NCBI GenBank assembly: GCA_028023455.1
Contig: JAQFVV010000008.1
Span: 6,572,001 to 6,636,000, forward strand
Origin: Epiperipatus broadwayi
Lineage: Eukaryota > Animalia > Onychophora
DNA length: 64,000 nucleotides
Reading direction: 5' to 3'
This document shows positions 23,246 through 35,506 of this stretch, piece after piece. Every line of letters starts with the position of its first letter. Position 1 is the stretch's first letter. A program made the position numbers and the translations under genes. A model generated the notes under the pieces. The model ran no database searches, had not been told where the DNA came from, and saw only the letters and a program-made list of their open reading frames with translations.

Positions 23246-25999
23246 ATCCTAAATTATGCACAAATATTTAGTACAAATATGTATTTTTAAAAAATAATAT
23301 TATCGTGCTTTATACAAACATATTAATTATTTTGGGGTTTACTTTAATTGTTTGCATTCTATTAAATGCAAATTGTGATATGGTGTTCAAATTTAAAATT
23401 TCATGAAATCATTCTGCATTAAAATTTTGGCAAAACAAAATGTAAACATAGGCTATGATCATTATATAGCCATACTGTTTTATTATAAGAAAAATCAAAA
23501 AATACAAATCATGATGATAAACTTGCATATCATGACTTAAATATAAATGAAATTTTTGAAATTAAATTATTAGGCTAGTGTTTCTCCATTGCCAATTCAT
23601 GAATTAGTGGCAGTCAGCAAAAAAAATTTGATTGAACTGCAAAAATATTGTAATTTTTATAATTTTAAACCAGAAAAGATGTAGCTTGATCTAAAAACAT
23701 GACTGTATTAGATAGCTGTTGCTGTAATTCCATCTTGACAATCACTGGTATATACATTGTATTAAATGTAACCACTGTCATGTTTCTATTATTTTACAAT
23801 AATATTTACTTGAGATTCTGAGTTTCTTTTTAATGATAATATGCTTTGAAATCTCACCAGACTATAATACTTTTCTGTTACATTATTTATTTATACATTT
23901 AACGTAGGATTTTTTTTTTTTAAGCTTACTAAACTATTGAGAAGATATTATAAGGGAACCTGTAGAGATTCCAACTAGAAGATAAATTCATTGGTGGCCT
24001 TAAATTCTTTAATTCTGCCATTGTGGCCATAAATTTGTCTGTCTTTAATTATGTGGTTCATAATTTGTATTTGGCCACAATTTATGAAAAGATAAGCCCA
24101 ATGATCATGGATTGGCCTGAATCTTTTGATGAGACACAAGTTGTGTCTAGGAAGATCAAATCCTGCTGACTTTATTGGCAGATATGGTAAAAAAAAAATT
24201 TTGAAAGGTCATAAGAATTTCATTTCTTTATATCTTAATTCTTCGATTATAGATTCTTAGAACATTGGAAAAAGGGTATTTGATTTGAATAGAATCTTAC
24301 ATAGTAAAATTATATCTTAGATTATTAGTAAGTCCAATCTTCTTAACAGGTTTTTATACATTTTTTGTGAGGCAATTTCTTTTTAGATATTTTATGCAGG
24401 AATTTGTAAAAGAACAGGAAGCCACTGCAAAGAAGTAGACTTGAATATGCCAGTGTTCAGAAGTTTTGTATGAGAAATTTTTCTCCAAATAGGGACACAG
24501 TATTCACACAAAATATGCTAATGCTAAAGAAGTTATCCTTAAAGTACTTGCTTCATAACCCCAAGTATCTTTTTAAAGTGATTATTTCTAGAAATCACAT
24601 TTAATCTAATCTTAGGTAAATGACAAAAATAAGCTAAAATCCAAGGTTATACCTAGCTAATACATATTCTAATCAATTTAATAATTTACTAGATTTATAA
24701 GGCATATTACGAGTCATCTTAATAACAGTAATTTGTTAAAATTTTCAACAATTTATAAAAATGAAATTAAGAAACTGACCAAATTTGTAACCAGATACTG
24801 GTTTATTGTAGAACAGAGGCAATAACTAAGATTCATGTCTATTTATTAATTATCATATATTTAACAAGTTAAAGCATATGTTAAACTTTTTTATAATGCA
24901 TAATTTTATATTGCCATGCTGAGAAAAGTTATTTTACTTTTTACTGATCCATATTGGAAAAAAATTGAGAAACTTTAGTTTAAAGTAAATAAATCACAGA
25001 ATGACTTTTGTAATATTTTTTTTAAAAATAAACCTTTAATGCTTTATTCACAAACCAAATGTCTTTTTGCACATAAATTAAACAGACTGCTTGCACTGAG
25101 TACACTATTCTCTTCGTTTTTTTTTTCTTTTAGAAAAATTATAACACTTTAGTTCAATGTTAACAATTGACCATTTTATGACTTTTCCTAATTAACTCTT
25201 TTATATTGTTTTTTTTTTTTTCACTTTCTTACTTCTTAGGGACACTGTTTAGAAAGAAATTGTGGTTATTTTTGTTTTTAAACCAGTGCTGGGTAAAATC
25301 TAAAAAAATTATAATTCCAAACAGACTTATGATTTTTCTTTCTGGCGGTTAACTACCCACTATTGATCAGTAAATGTGTAGCTATGTATTTTTTTAACTA
25401 TAATGTAAAGCAAGAGTGGAAAAATGTTAAAAGCCTCACTAGCCAGCAGTTGACAATCCTGATACTTCAGATTCACTGTTTCTTTAAGGGAGACATTTGG
25501 AAAAGTCTTTGTTTACAATTAGTATTAATTATATACTTGCATATAAAATTATAATAAAAATAATAAAGTATAATAGTAGGGAAGTTGTTCTGACTGTGTC
25601 ATGCGGCCACTAGGCAACGCTGTGGTACCATCAACAAGCCTGTAAGTGATAAATTTCTATTTGAAAGTGGCTTAAATCGACAAATTAAAATGCCTAAGGC
25701 AAAGTAAATTGAAAATATCCTTCGAAAATACAAATTAAAAAAAAACAAACAAGAAAACGCTATGAAATACGAATTACAAAACAGAAATTGGTGAAAATAC
25801 GTCAAACGCAACCCCCCCCCTCCACCACCACCCCGAATGAAGAATTCTTTGCTGAAATGGAAAAAGTTAAATGTCTATGGCAAAATAAATCGAACAAAAT
25901 TTTCTAAAATACAAATTAAAAAAAAAAACCAAGAAAATGCTCTAAAATTTGAATTACAACAAAAACAGAATTCGAAATAGCAACTTAAAATCTGTTATT

Positions 26000-28150
26000 A
26001 TTTGAAAAGATCTGCTGAAAATGTAAAGATGAAACTTTTAATATGAATATGGTAGCCTTAGCCTTTGAGAGAGTCCGTGACATGTAGGCTATGGGACGTT
26101 CATAATTATAACATGGATGACAGAGAACTGCATCTACGCCTCATTTTAAAGCACCTATAGTTAATCGCAACTATTAAAATGGATTAGTAGTTTGTCAGAT
26201 GACAATAGAGTTTTGGTTTTGATGAACACTTCGTCATGGCATTTTAATCTTTGCCACTTTTGATCCTTTCATAATAATTGTGCAATGGTTTGGCTACTTT
26301 CGCTTTGTTTGCTAAAAAAGGCTCAAAAAAATTTTTCAATCCTAAGAATGCCCTTAATTCTTTTACATTTTTGGTTTGGACGCATTTTTCACAGTTCTTA
26401 TCTTATTGTATGATGGTTTCTTCCTTTTAGCGGAAATTACATGACCCTGAAATACTAATTCCCTTGTATTCTATATGCTTTTTTTTTGAGTGTTTAATTT
26501 TACTTTGAATCTATTTAATTTCTCACATACTCTGAACAATCTTATATAACTCCCTCTAGGTCTTGTAGCTACGCTTTAATCTTTGCTTGGAATAGGTTTG
26601 GGCTGTTGAGATGCCAAACGGTAGATGATTACATTTGTATACTCCCATTGGGGTTGTTAAAGTAAAAAAAATTTTTGATTTATCTGTATCTAGTAAAATG
26701 CAGAAATTTTAAATCAAGCTTCACAAAATTTGAGGCATTTTGCAGACTGGCTAATACCTCTTACATTTAGTACAAGATATGCCCCCATTTTGTAATCGCC
26801 ACGTATCCTAATTTGACCTTTAGGCTTTGTTATAACTACCAATGGCATGGCCCAATCTGACATTTCAACTGGTGTTATTACACCCTCAATTTTTACTTTT
26901 TGAGTGAAAGGGATTTTACACACAACCAGGCACACATTTTCAAATAACTGTTTATCGAGCTCATTGCTATTAACCTCAATTCTTTATTAAATCTGGGTAT
27001 TTCTTAACAATTTCTTGTTCAAGACAGTTTTTTTTTTACTATGCTGACTTGGATTCCTATTTCCTGAAAGCAATCCCTTCCCATAATGAAGCTAATCTTT
27101 CCTTTTATTATATAAAGCGGTAAGTTTATTATTTTACCATGGTAACTAATTGGCACTTTTATATGACCCAATAGTTTTAGCGCATTTCTGTTTACATCAT
27201 GTGCTTTGATATTCATTTTTTCTATCTACCTTTTAACATTAGCCGCTGACAGTGCTCTCCAATCTGTTTGTGACATTAAGGATATTCCTGAGCCACTGTT
27301 TATTTCCATAGTAACTTATTTTCCAGAAATTTGTAAATTAATCATAAACTGCTTTAGATCTTGAATTTTCATGTTTTTTTTTTTTACAATATGAGTAGAA
27401 ACAGGTTTGCCTCCCCTATTTTCTTGCAACTGTTATTTATTTTGACTTTTCCCATTCCCTACTTTCTTATATACATGCATTAAATACCCCTTTTTTGACA
27501 TTTATAACATGTTTTTATCTGGCACTTAATCTTTTGCTATATGGCCTAATTTTCCACAACAAAAATGTGATCTTACTACTCTGCCCATTATCCAATTTCC
27601 ACAGAATCTTACTTGCTTTTACTGTTTTGAACTCCCATTTTAATCCTTTCTTCAGTTTTAGTTCTAAATGCATGAGTCTGTTCAAGTATTAACTCATAAG
27701 CTATGCCTTTCTAAATAGCTATTGCATAAATAGGATCAGTCTCTGTTAGCCATTGTTGCCTGAGTCTATCATCAGACATATCCCAGAGTAACTGATCCAT
27801 GAGAATTTCTTTAACGAATTAATAATCATTGTTCTCCCCCTTATACTGCTATTATTTAAAGTTAAATGAGTTATATGACCAGATGGGCTAGGACTAAAAA
27901 ATAATAGCTTAATTTCTTTATTATTCCTCATACATTGTATTTTCAGTTGTGGATATTTCAAAAAATCTATTTATAACTTCAATTACTTTTTTGCCAGCAA
28001 AACATAATAGTACTGCTATTTTATCTTCAATTCCATTTAATATGAAAAAATTCTCTATTTACATTACATATAATAGCTATTCTGCCTCGTTACTGACATT
28101 GAATTCGGCTATGTTAGTTTGATCTAATGAACTCATTTTACTATCTCAAG
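26000..28150 (-). mobile_element. Decayed Ty3/Gypsy (Mag-like) gag-PR-RT-RNase H remnant
   Basis: EGVITPVEMSDWAMPLVVITKPKGQIRIRGDYK (26714-26935), LTTPMGVYKCNHLPFGISTA, protease tail LPLYIIKGKISFIMGRD (27019-27216). Confidence 0.8.
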
Positions 28151-30711
28151 GGTTGAGTTGTAACACGTGCTATTTTACATTTGTAGCTAGATTGGAATTA
28201 TGACTGTGCCAATGATTTGCTAGCATAATAGTAATAGCAATCCCAAAATAAAAACACAACCAAATTGGATAACTTAGATTTAAGACAATTTATATAACAC
28301 GGTAATTAATACACATGCAAAAAAAAATTATACTGCACATTAATAAAAACATACATATGCCTTATACATAGATAACCTTGTTTTAATAAATATATTCGCC
28401 AGCTACTTAAGACAAATCCTTTGCTTACGCTGTTCTATAATGTTCAATAATTTGAAAATATGCACTTTACTAAAGACTTGCTCTTAAACTCTGGACAATT
28501 TCTTGAAGCATTCACAAAATAATAAGATTGAGGTAATCTACTTAGTCCCTAGTGGGCTTGTTTTCCTCCAGGAGCTGAGACTCTGGGAATGATATACACC
28601 GATGATTTCCGCTGCTTCGGGAGTGCCAAGAGGAAAAGATGAGAAGAGAAACAAAAAGCATACTACTCGTTTCTTTCTAGTTTTTATGCCTCCTTTTCTT
28701 TTGTGCTTTCTTTTCTTTTTTCAGGAGTAACTATTTTTACTGCAAACCTGGGTGAGGGGTATTTTTTTAATTTGTTAGTTTTAATTAGTTTCTCTCTGAA
28801 CTGATTAATTTTTGTTATCTTTTCCTTTACTTCAGTTAACATAATAGATTCATTAGATATTTTACTCCACTAGAAAATCAGTTAAACTTGTACAAAATAA
28901 ATTTATATCCTAATAAAATTAATTGAGATTTTTTTTTTCCTTTTTATCTTTAGGAATTTGTTTCCTATGTAATTTAAATTTATTTCTAACATCTGTTTAA
29001 TTAAAAATAATTCTATTTATAAAATTTATTTTCTATATAAGTTAAATTTATTCTAGAATCAGTTTAATTAAAGATATTTTTCCCTATAGGAATTTACTTG
29101 ATGACATATATGCTAAATTTATTTTTAATAAATTTAAACAAAACAATATTTTACAAACTCTCAGTATCTTAATAACTGCATGTGAAATTAAACTCAAATT
29201 AGGTTGATTTTCTGATAAATGGGATCAACATTTTTTCATTTCATTGTACCAATTTTGTTTTTTATTGGAATTAAATGATCACTTTCCTGTGTCATAAACT
29301 ATATGATAATTATCAGTTAAGTTTTTCACTCTTTACTAGTTTTTAAAATTATCTCATAATTAAATATCTCTCTTTATAGGTGAAATGTTATTTTTGTAAT
29401 AAAATTATTTATATTTTCCATTTTATGTAACAGAACATTCTGTGTGAACATGTTTGTGTAATAAAAAAAAAAACTTTTAGCTTAATTGATCCAAATCACA
29501 TAAGTAAGTGACCTAAAATTAATAACATGCACTAAGAAGAAGTTATGAATTTAACTACTTCTGAATAAAAGTTCTATTCTAGTACATAAAAAAAGGCAAT
29601 AGTCTCTGATAATAATTTTAAAATTAGTACAGACAATAAAATTTATTTATATATCTGTCAACTAATTTAATCCAACAAAAAATATAATTTCGCTTCTGAT
29701 AAAAGTACTTTTGATTTCAACTTCTTTACAGACAATTGTGCTAATGTTTAAAAGTACAATTTCATTTCAGCTTACTTTTGAATCTATTATTAACCACTTA
29801 AGTAATTATAAAAATAGCAGAATTTGTAATATTAATAGTGGCAATCTATCATATAAAAAAAAAAATATAACAAATGTTTAGTTGCAATAATAGATAATAG
29901 CACTTCCACAAATATTAAAATTATGTTAAGAAAATTTTACAACTACATTTATTTGTAGCTAATTTTTCTTAGCTATGTAATTTTATTGCATCTTATTGCT
30001 GCAAATTACCTTTGAGCAGAGAACTATATATATATATGTCATTTTTAGAAAGCAATGAAATCTCCAAGTACCATCTATATTAAATTTAATTAAATCTCTC
30101 TCACCTCATAGTCAAATTGCAAAGCAGATAAAAATGGAGCTATCAACTATTAATTGAATTCTATTTTTAATTATAACTCAGATAAAATTGATATTGTAAC
30201 CATTAAAAAAAAGATTTAACTGATATTAAAAATGACTTTGTTTGTTATCACATTTTATTAATACTTTTAGTGCCAATTTATCTTTAATAATCAAATATTT
30301 ATATATTTTGTTTTTTTCGGGTACTTATTAAGAGTGTCTTATCTCTCTTCACATCAAATTTTTCTTTATTGATTAATTAAAAACATTATACTATTTTGTT
30401 CTCATTGTGTCAATATAATAATGCTATTTAGTAAAGATTAAAAAAAAATATTCAAAAACATAATACTCTTTTAAAGAGAACTTAAATAATTTCTTATTAT
30501 GAGTACTTAACTCATCAAATTTATATCAAAATGGAATTTCTATATTATCATTGAAATTTTTCACAACCAGCATATTTTGATCTTTTAAAAAAAAAAATTC
30601 CAACAACTTTAACTTAAAATTTGGGTTGTTTTCTGATCCATCGTGTCAGCCACGGGATGGTGCTATTTCTAGATTAATTTCTAGAAATATGCCGTTTCCG
30701 CGGCCGCACCC

Positions 30712-30860
30712 AAGCCTTCTTTCTACAATAAATCCTAGAAAGACTGTTAACTCGGAGTTAAGTCTTCTTTCTACGCTAAAATGTAGAAAGAGTGTTAACT
30801 CTGAGTTAAGCCTTCTTTCTACGAAAAAAACCTAGAAAGAGTGTTACCTCGGCTTAACGG
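30712..30860. repeat. Subterminal direct repeats (about 3 copies) of the Merlin element
   Basis: Recurrent modules ccttctttctac...tagaaaga(c/g)tgttaactc.gagttaag. Confidence 0.8.
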
Positions 30861-31399
30861 CTAACACTGTGGATTTTTCCTATACTAAAAGCAAAGGGAA
30901 ATGCCATAGTTGTTTGTGTTACGCACTATACTGTAATGCTGTGTTATGTATTTTATGTAAAAATATTGTATAAGGGTGTGTTAAGTGATGTACTGTTATC
31001 TTTTAACAATTTTAACAATGTAGTGATTGTTCCTGCTAAAGCTGTAAGCCTCCTAAATTCTCTATTAGGGTGGGGTAGCGCAATTTTTTTGACGATCACA
31101 CTTTAAGTCACGTTTTAGCAAGTAATTTTCCGAGACCAAGAATATAGCTAATTTCGAACACAGAAAACTTGAAAAGATGGGACTTTCCAGACACGGAAGC
31201 TGGCGCTGTAACATTTCTACAGCAAAAAGACATCCTGCTGAAAGAAAAGATATGATTGTGCGGCAAATATAGGCATCTTGAGGTCTATAAACATCTTTTG
31301 ACTTTCATTTGTAAGTCTCGTTGCCGAGGGAAATGTTCACTTCATAAAGGGCAACTTGTTTGGAGGGATTCCAAATGGCCTTCGTCAAATGTCAAATAA

Positions 31400-32560
31400 A
31401 AGTAACTTAAATTTTTATTTAAACATACATCCCTTCTCCCAATAATTGTTGTTGGCAATCAAATGTAAAATAAAAGAAGTAACTAAAATTTTTATTTAAA
31501 CATACACAAAAATACCCCTTCTCCCAATAATTGTTGTTGTCGGCAATCAAATGTAAAATAAAAGTAATGTAAATTATTCTTTAATCATACAGAAAAACAC
31601 CCCTCCCACTAATTGTTGTTGGCAATCAAATGTAAACCAATAAAAGTAAAACTGTAAATTATTATTTAAACGTAACCCAAATTACTATTTGAATAAACAC
31701 CAAAAAAGACCCGCTCTTGTCAATAAAAATTAAAGAAACAACTATTATTGTCCCATTGTCAAAAATATTATTTGAGAAACCAAAATAATTTATAAACGAA
31801 AAAAAGAAAGTAAAATCGGTTGTCAATCAAATGTAAAATAAAAGGTAACTTAAATTTTTATTTAAACATACACAAAAAAAAACCCTTCTCCCAATAATTG
31901 TTGTCAGCAATCAAATGTAAAATAAAAGTAACGTAAATTATTATTTAATCGTACAGAAAAACATCCCTCCCACTAATTGTTGTCGGCAATCAAATGTAAA
32001 CCAATAAAAGTAAGATAAATTATTTTTTAAACATAACCCAAATTACTATTTGAACATAAAAATTAAAGAAACAACTATTATTGTCCCATTGTCAAACCAA
32101 ATATTATTTGGGAAACCAAAATAATTTATAAATGAAAGAAAGTAAATAAAATTGGTTGTCAATCAAATGTAAAATAAAAAGTAACTTCAAATTTTTTATT
32201 TAAACATACACAAAAATAAAAACCCCTTTCTCCCAATAATTGTTGTAGGCAATCAAATGTAAAATAAAAGATAACATAAATTATTATTTAATCATACACA
32301 AAAACACCCCTCCCACTAATTGTTGGTAATCAAATGTAAACCAATAAAAGTAACGTAAATTATTATTTAATGATACATCAAACCCCCCCTTGTCAATCAA
32401 ATTTTAAAAAACTAATACTATTTAAAAAACCCAAATTACTATTTGAACATACACTACAAAAGACCCTCTTGTCAATAAAAATTAAAAAACAACTACTATT
32501 GTCCCAAATAATTTATAAGCGAAAAAATGTAAAATTTATAAACAAAAAAAAAAAAAGTCA
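31400..32560. repeat. Satellite-like internal array (about 340-370-bp higher-order unit of shorter subunits)
   Basis: Anchor caatcaaatgtaaa recurs about 9 times (near 31455, 31543, 31622, 31823, 31908, 31987, 32160, 32250, 32328). Confidence 0.85.
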
Positions 32561-33248
32561 ATATTAATAGAGAATCACTAGCCCAGGAATGTTATATTGT
32601 TAGCAACAACACCATCCCGTGGTTGACACGATGGATCAGAACACAACCAAAATTTGTCTGTGATCGAAATGATTACCTCTTGAATAAATTTTAAAAAAAC
32701 TATTGATCACTAAATTAATTTTTTCCTAAAATGTTGTACTTCTACTTATCAGTTCAAAAGTTTTAATTTATAGAATTATCATTTTACATCATGCCATACT
32801 AAAAACTCAAGTTAAACAAATTGATGGATTTACAATCATCAACAGTAAATTAGATTTAATAGAAGGGCACTGGTTTTGTAGATTTAAATAAAATTATATT
32901 GTAATATTTTTTTTATAGCATCTTGCTACTCTGCCTACAACTATTAAAATGTGTTTGCATTATTTTTCATAATTCAAACAAAAACTTTTAAAAACTCTGT
33001 TCTCTAAATCCAGGCTCAGTTTTGAAATAATATATATGCTTAGATTATTGAGTTTCATCCAAGCAAAAAAAAAATCTAAATTTTTTTATTGTAATAAAAG
33101 CTTTCAATATTATAGATTGGTAGTTTATATTCAAATTTATTTGTTTTTAGGAAAGAAAAAAAAATACCCAGCTACTTAAGTCTTACCATATAATACTAAA
33201 TTGTCCAAGCACTTTACTACTGTTACACAATGCTTTATTTATCACCCT

Positions 33249-34265
33249 TTCTTACAGTTTCGCCAGCAATCTTTCTTCAGAATTACAACATAATATAAAT
33301 CTATGAATATACATATAAATATACATGAACATATAATTTACATTCTATATATACATCTTATATCTTTTTATTTTACATTATTATTATTCATTTCTTACCC
33401 TTTTTATATTCTATATTTATTAATCAAAATATTTCCTATATATATGTATTCTATTTTTATTCTTTATTTTATTCTCATAATATTTTACAAGTTAATATCT
33501 TTCATATCTTACATTATAATTATTCATTTTACTAACAATCATTATTTATAATTTATTCATTCAACAATTTATAATCCATTTTAATTTATATTAGTCTAAA
33601 CACCTTACTTCAATACTAAATTCAAATTTTAAAAATTTTGCCATTATACATTGAGTACCCCCCCCCTCTTTAAATTTACCCTTATATTAATAGTAGTTCC
33701 CTCTTCCTATTTTTTAAGTATATTTTTTAAAAAATTTTATTTTTATTCTTTATTTATTTAATTTTTATTACTCTTTAAATACTTAACTCTAACTTAATAT
33801 GTTTTATATTTTTATTATTATTCATTTTACTAACTATCAATATTTATAATTTATTCATTCAATAATTTATAATCTATTTTAACCTATAATATTATTATTT
33901 TAAACACATTTTAAACTTACCTCTATAACTCCTAACCTCAACTATTACAAATTTTAAAAATTTACCGTTAAACTTTTAGTAATCCCCTCCTTAACTTTTA
34001 CACTTATATTATTACCAGCTCCCTCTCTTAACTCTTTATATAATTAATTTTTTTTACTTTATATCAAAATTGTTCTCCATCCCAAATCTTTATTCAAACG
34101 GGATTAATATTATTAATATAAATAGCCTCTTTTATTTTTCTATCCTCATATATATATTGCTTATAATACTTCTTTTATACACACTTCAATGCAAACAAAT
34201 TTTCTTAAAAAAACTTTTTTTATTTTCCTTACAGTTTTGACTGTCCAGCAGTCTTCATCAGAGCT
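33249..34265 (-). mobile_element. Penelope-like element remnant: HHR, GIY-YIG tail, 3' region, HHR
   Basis: The - strand of 34070-34140 encodes KIKEAIYINNINP/LNKDLGWRTIL. HHR-like motifs at 34228-34265 (CTGATGA-A-GACTG-CTGGA-CAGTC-AAAA-CTGTA) and 33249-33284 (CTGAAGA-AAGATTGCTGGC-GAAA-CTGTA). Internal duplication about 33525-33720 vs 33815-34030. Confidence 0.7.
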
Positions 34266-35430
34266 ACAATATTTGAATAATATAATGTAATGGGCAGACA
34301 ACCAGCCCCTTACCATTTATCTTTCCACACCACTATATACACCATGACAAGAAACTGGCCGGCCGTGGATTGGAAAGATCCAGCAACATTACAATCAAAG
34401 TAGATCTTAAATACCACTCAATCTCTTTTGTTTACTAACATTCACAGGATCCACCCACTTTCCACTTCAATCTGTTAAATTCCCAAAATTCAAACCCAAT
34501 CATAATCTGAGGTATGAGTTTTGATAAGGAGATTCTAGCCAATGCGAGCACTGACTCAGCATTTTGTTTCATATTGTAACAGTTCTTAGGTTCGTGCTGC
34601 ATGTATGTTCATATATAAAATACAGCTATGTAAAGTTAGTGGTATGTTATGAATAAATCATATACAACTCTGTTAAAATTGATCTTTGATATTAACCGTT
34701 ATTGAATCACAAGTCTCAATATTTCTACAATTACTGAACGATTGATTACTTGAATAGATATCCTTACATGTCCTATAATGAATAGTTTAATAAAATTATA
34801 CCAAAAATAAAAAAATTTTGTGCCTATTTAGAATCTGATAAAATTTGATTTTCTTGGCCCATATCAAAATTGGTCATGAATGTATGTATAAACTAATCCC
34901 TATCCTAAGAGATTTAATATATTTTGTATTATTTGTTAATGATTTTTCTCTTTTAATTTTAGATATATTTTAATATGATTAGCATATAAAAAACAGGATG
35001 TTTAAGCATCCTCCTCCCTGCAATACATATTTTTTTTACTAATAATTTTTCAGCTGTTGCTTAATTTCTGTTTTTTTAATTATTTTGTGATATACTGAGT
35101 CAGATATATCTTTTTATATTTTCCATTTAATCAACTCTTTTTTTTTTCTCAATTTATTATGATTGCTATTTATATTGCTGTTATGTTTAGGTGAATTGCA
35201 GGGTTCAGACTCAAACTAACAGTGATATCAAGAAAAACACTCACTATTTAACATGTATAATTTATTAGAACAAATGTACTCCTTTATGTTGTTTATCTTA
35301 TAATCAATAAAATATAATATAAATCTTTATTATATAATAATAACAACTTGTAAGTACAGCAACATAAAAATTATATATATAAAAGCCTTTTTCAGTAATT
35401 CTAAATTTTTTTACCCTTGTCTATATAATT

Positions 35431-35506
35431 CCTCGTACTAATACTGACACATATATTACGTATATAGCGACATCTACTGACATTTCCTATTAGTATTAGT
35501 ACGAGG
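35431..35506. repeat. 76-bp segment with 15-bp perfect terminal inverted repeats
   Basis: cctcgtactaatact ... agtattagtacgagg. Confidence 0.8.

Larger units (their letters stand above)
30624..32648 (+). mobile_element. Non-autonomous Merlin DNA transposon
   Basis: TIR ggttgt(t/g)ttctgatccatcgtgtca(g/a)ccacgggatggtg; 8-bp TSD aaaatttg (30616-30623, 32649-32656). Transposase N-terminal relic WDFPDTEAGAVTFLQQKDILLKEK from about 31178. Confidence 0.9.

Noticed and set aside
23900-24800. Coding-like composition downstream of C2CD3 (similar patches at 45300-47050 and 58300-59700)
   Set aside because: Probably old TE ORFs, but no motif could be identified reliably.
25575-25990. Merlin-TIR-like start with a roughly 190-bp duplicated A-rich block
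   Set aside because: No matching opposite TIR or TSD found.
30712-30860. CRISPR-like regular short repeats
   Set aside because: Eukaryotic context, no unique spacers and no cas genes; they are transposon subterminal repeats.
33303-33551. Short hydrophobic I/Y/F/L-rich ORFs here and elsewhere (e.g. 54499-54753, 14186-14371, 7478-7678, 40452-40790)
   Set aside because: Expected by chance in very AT-rich DNA, or antisense to TE relics; no motifs and no splice context.
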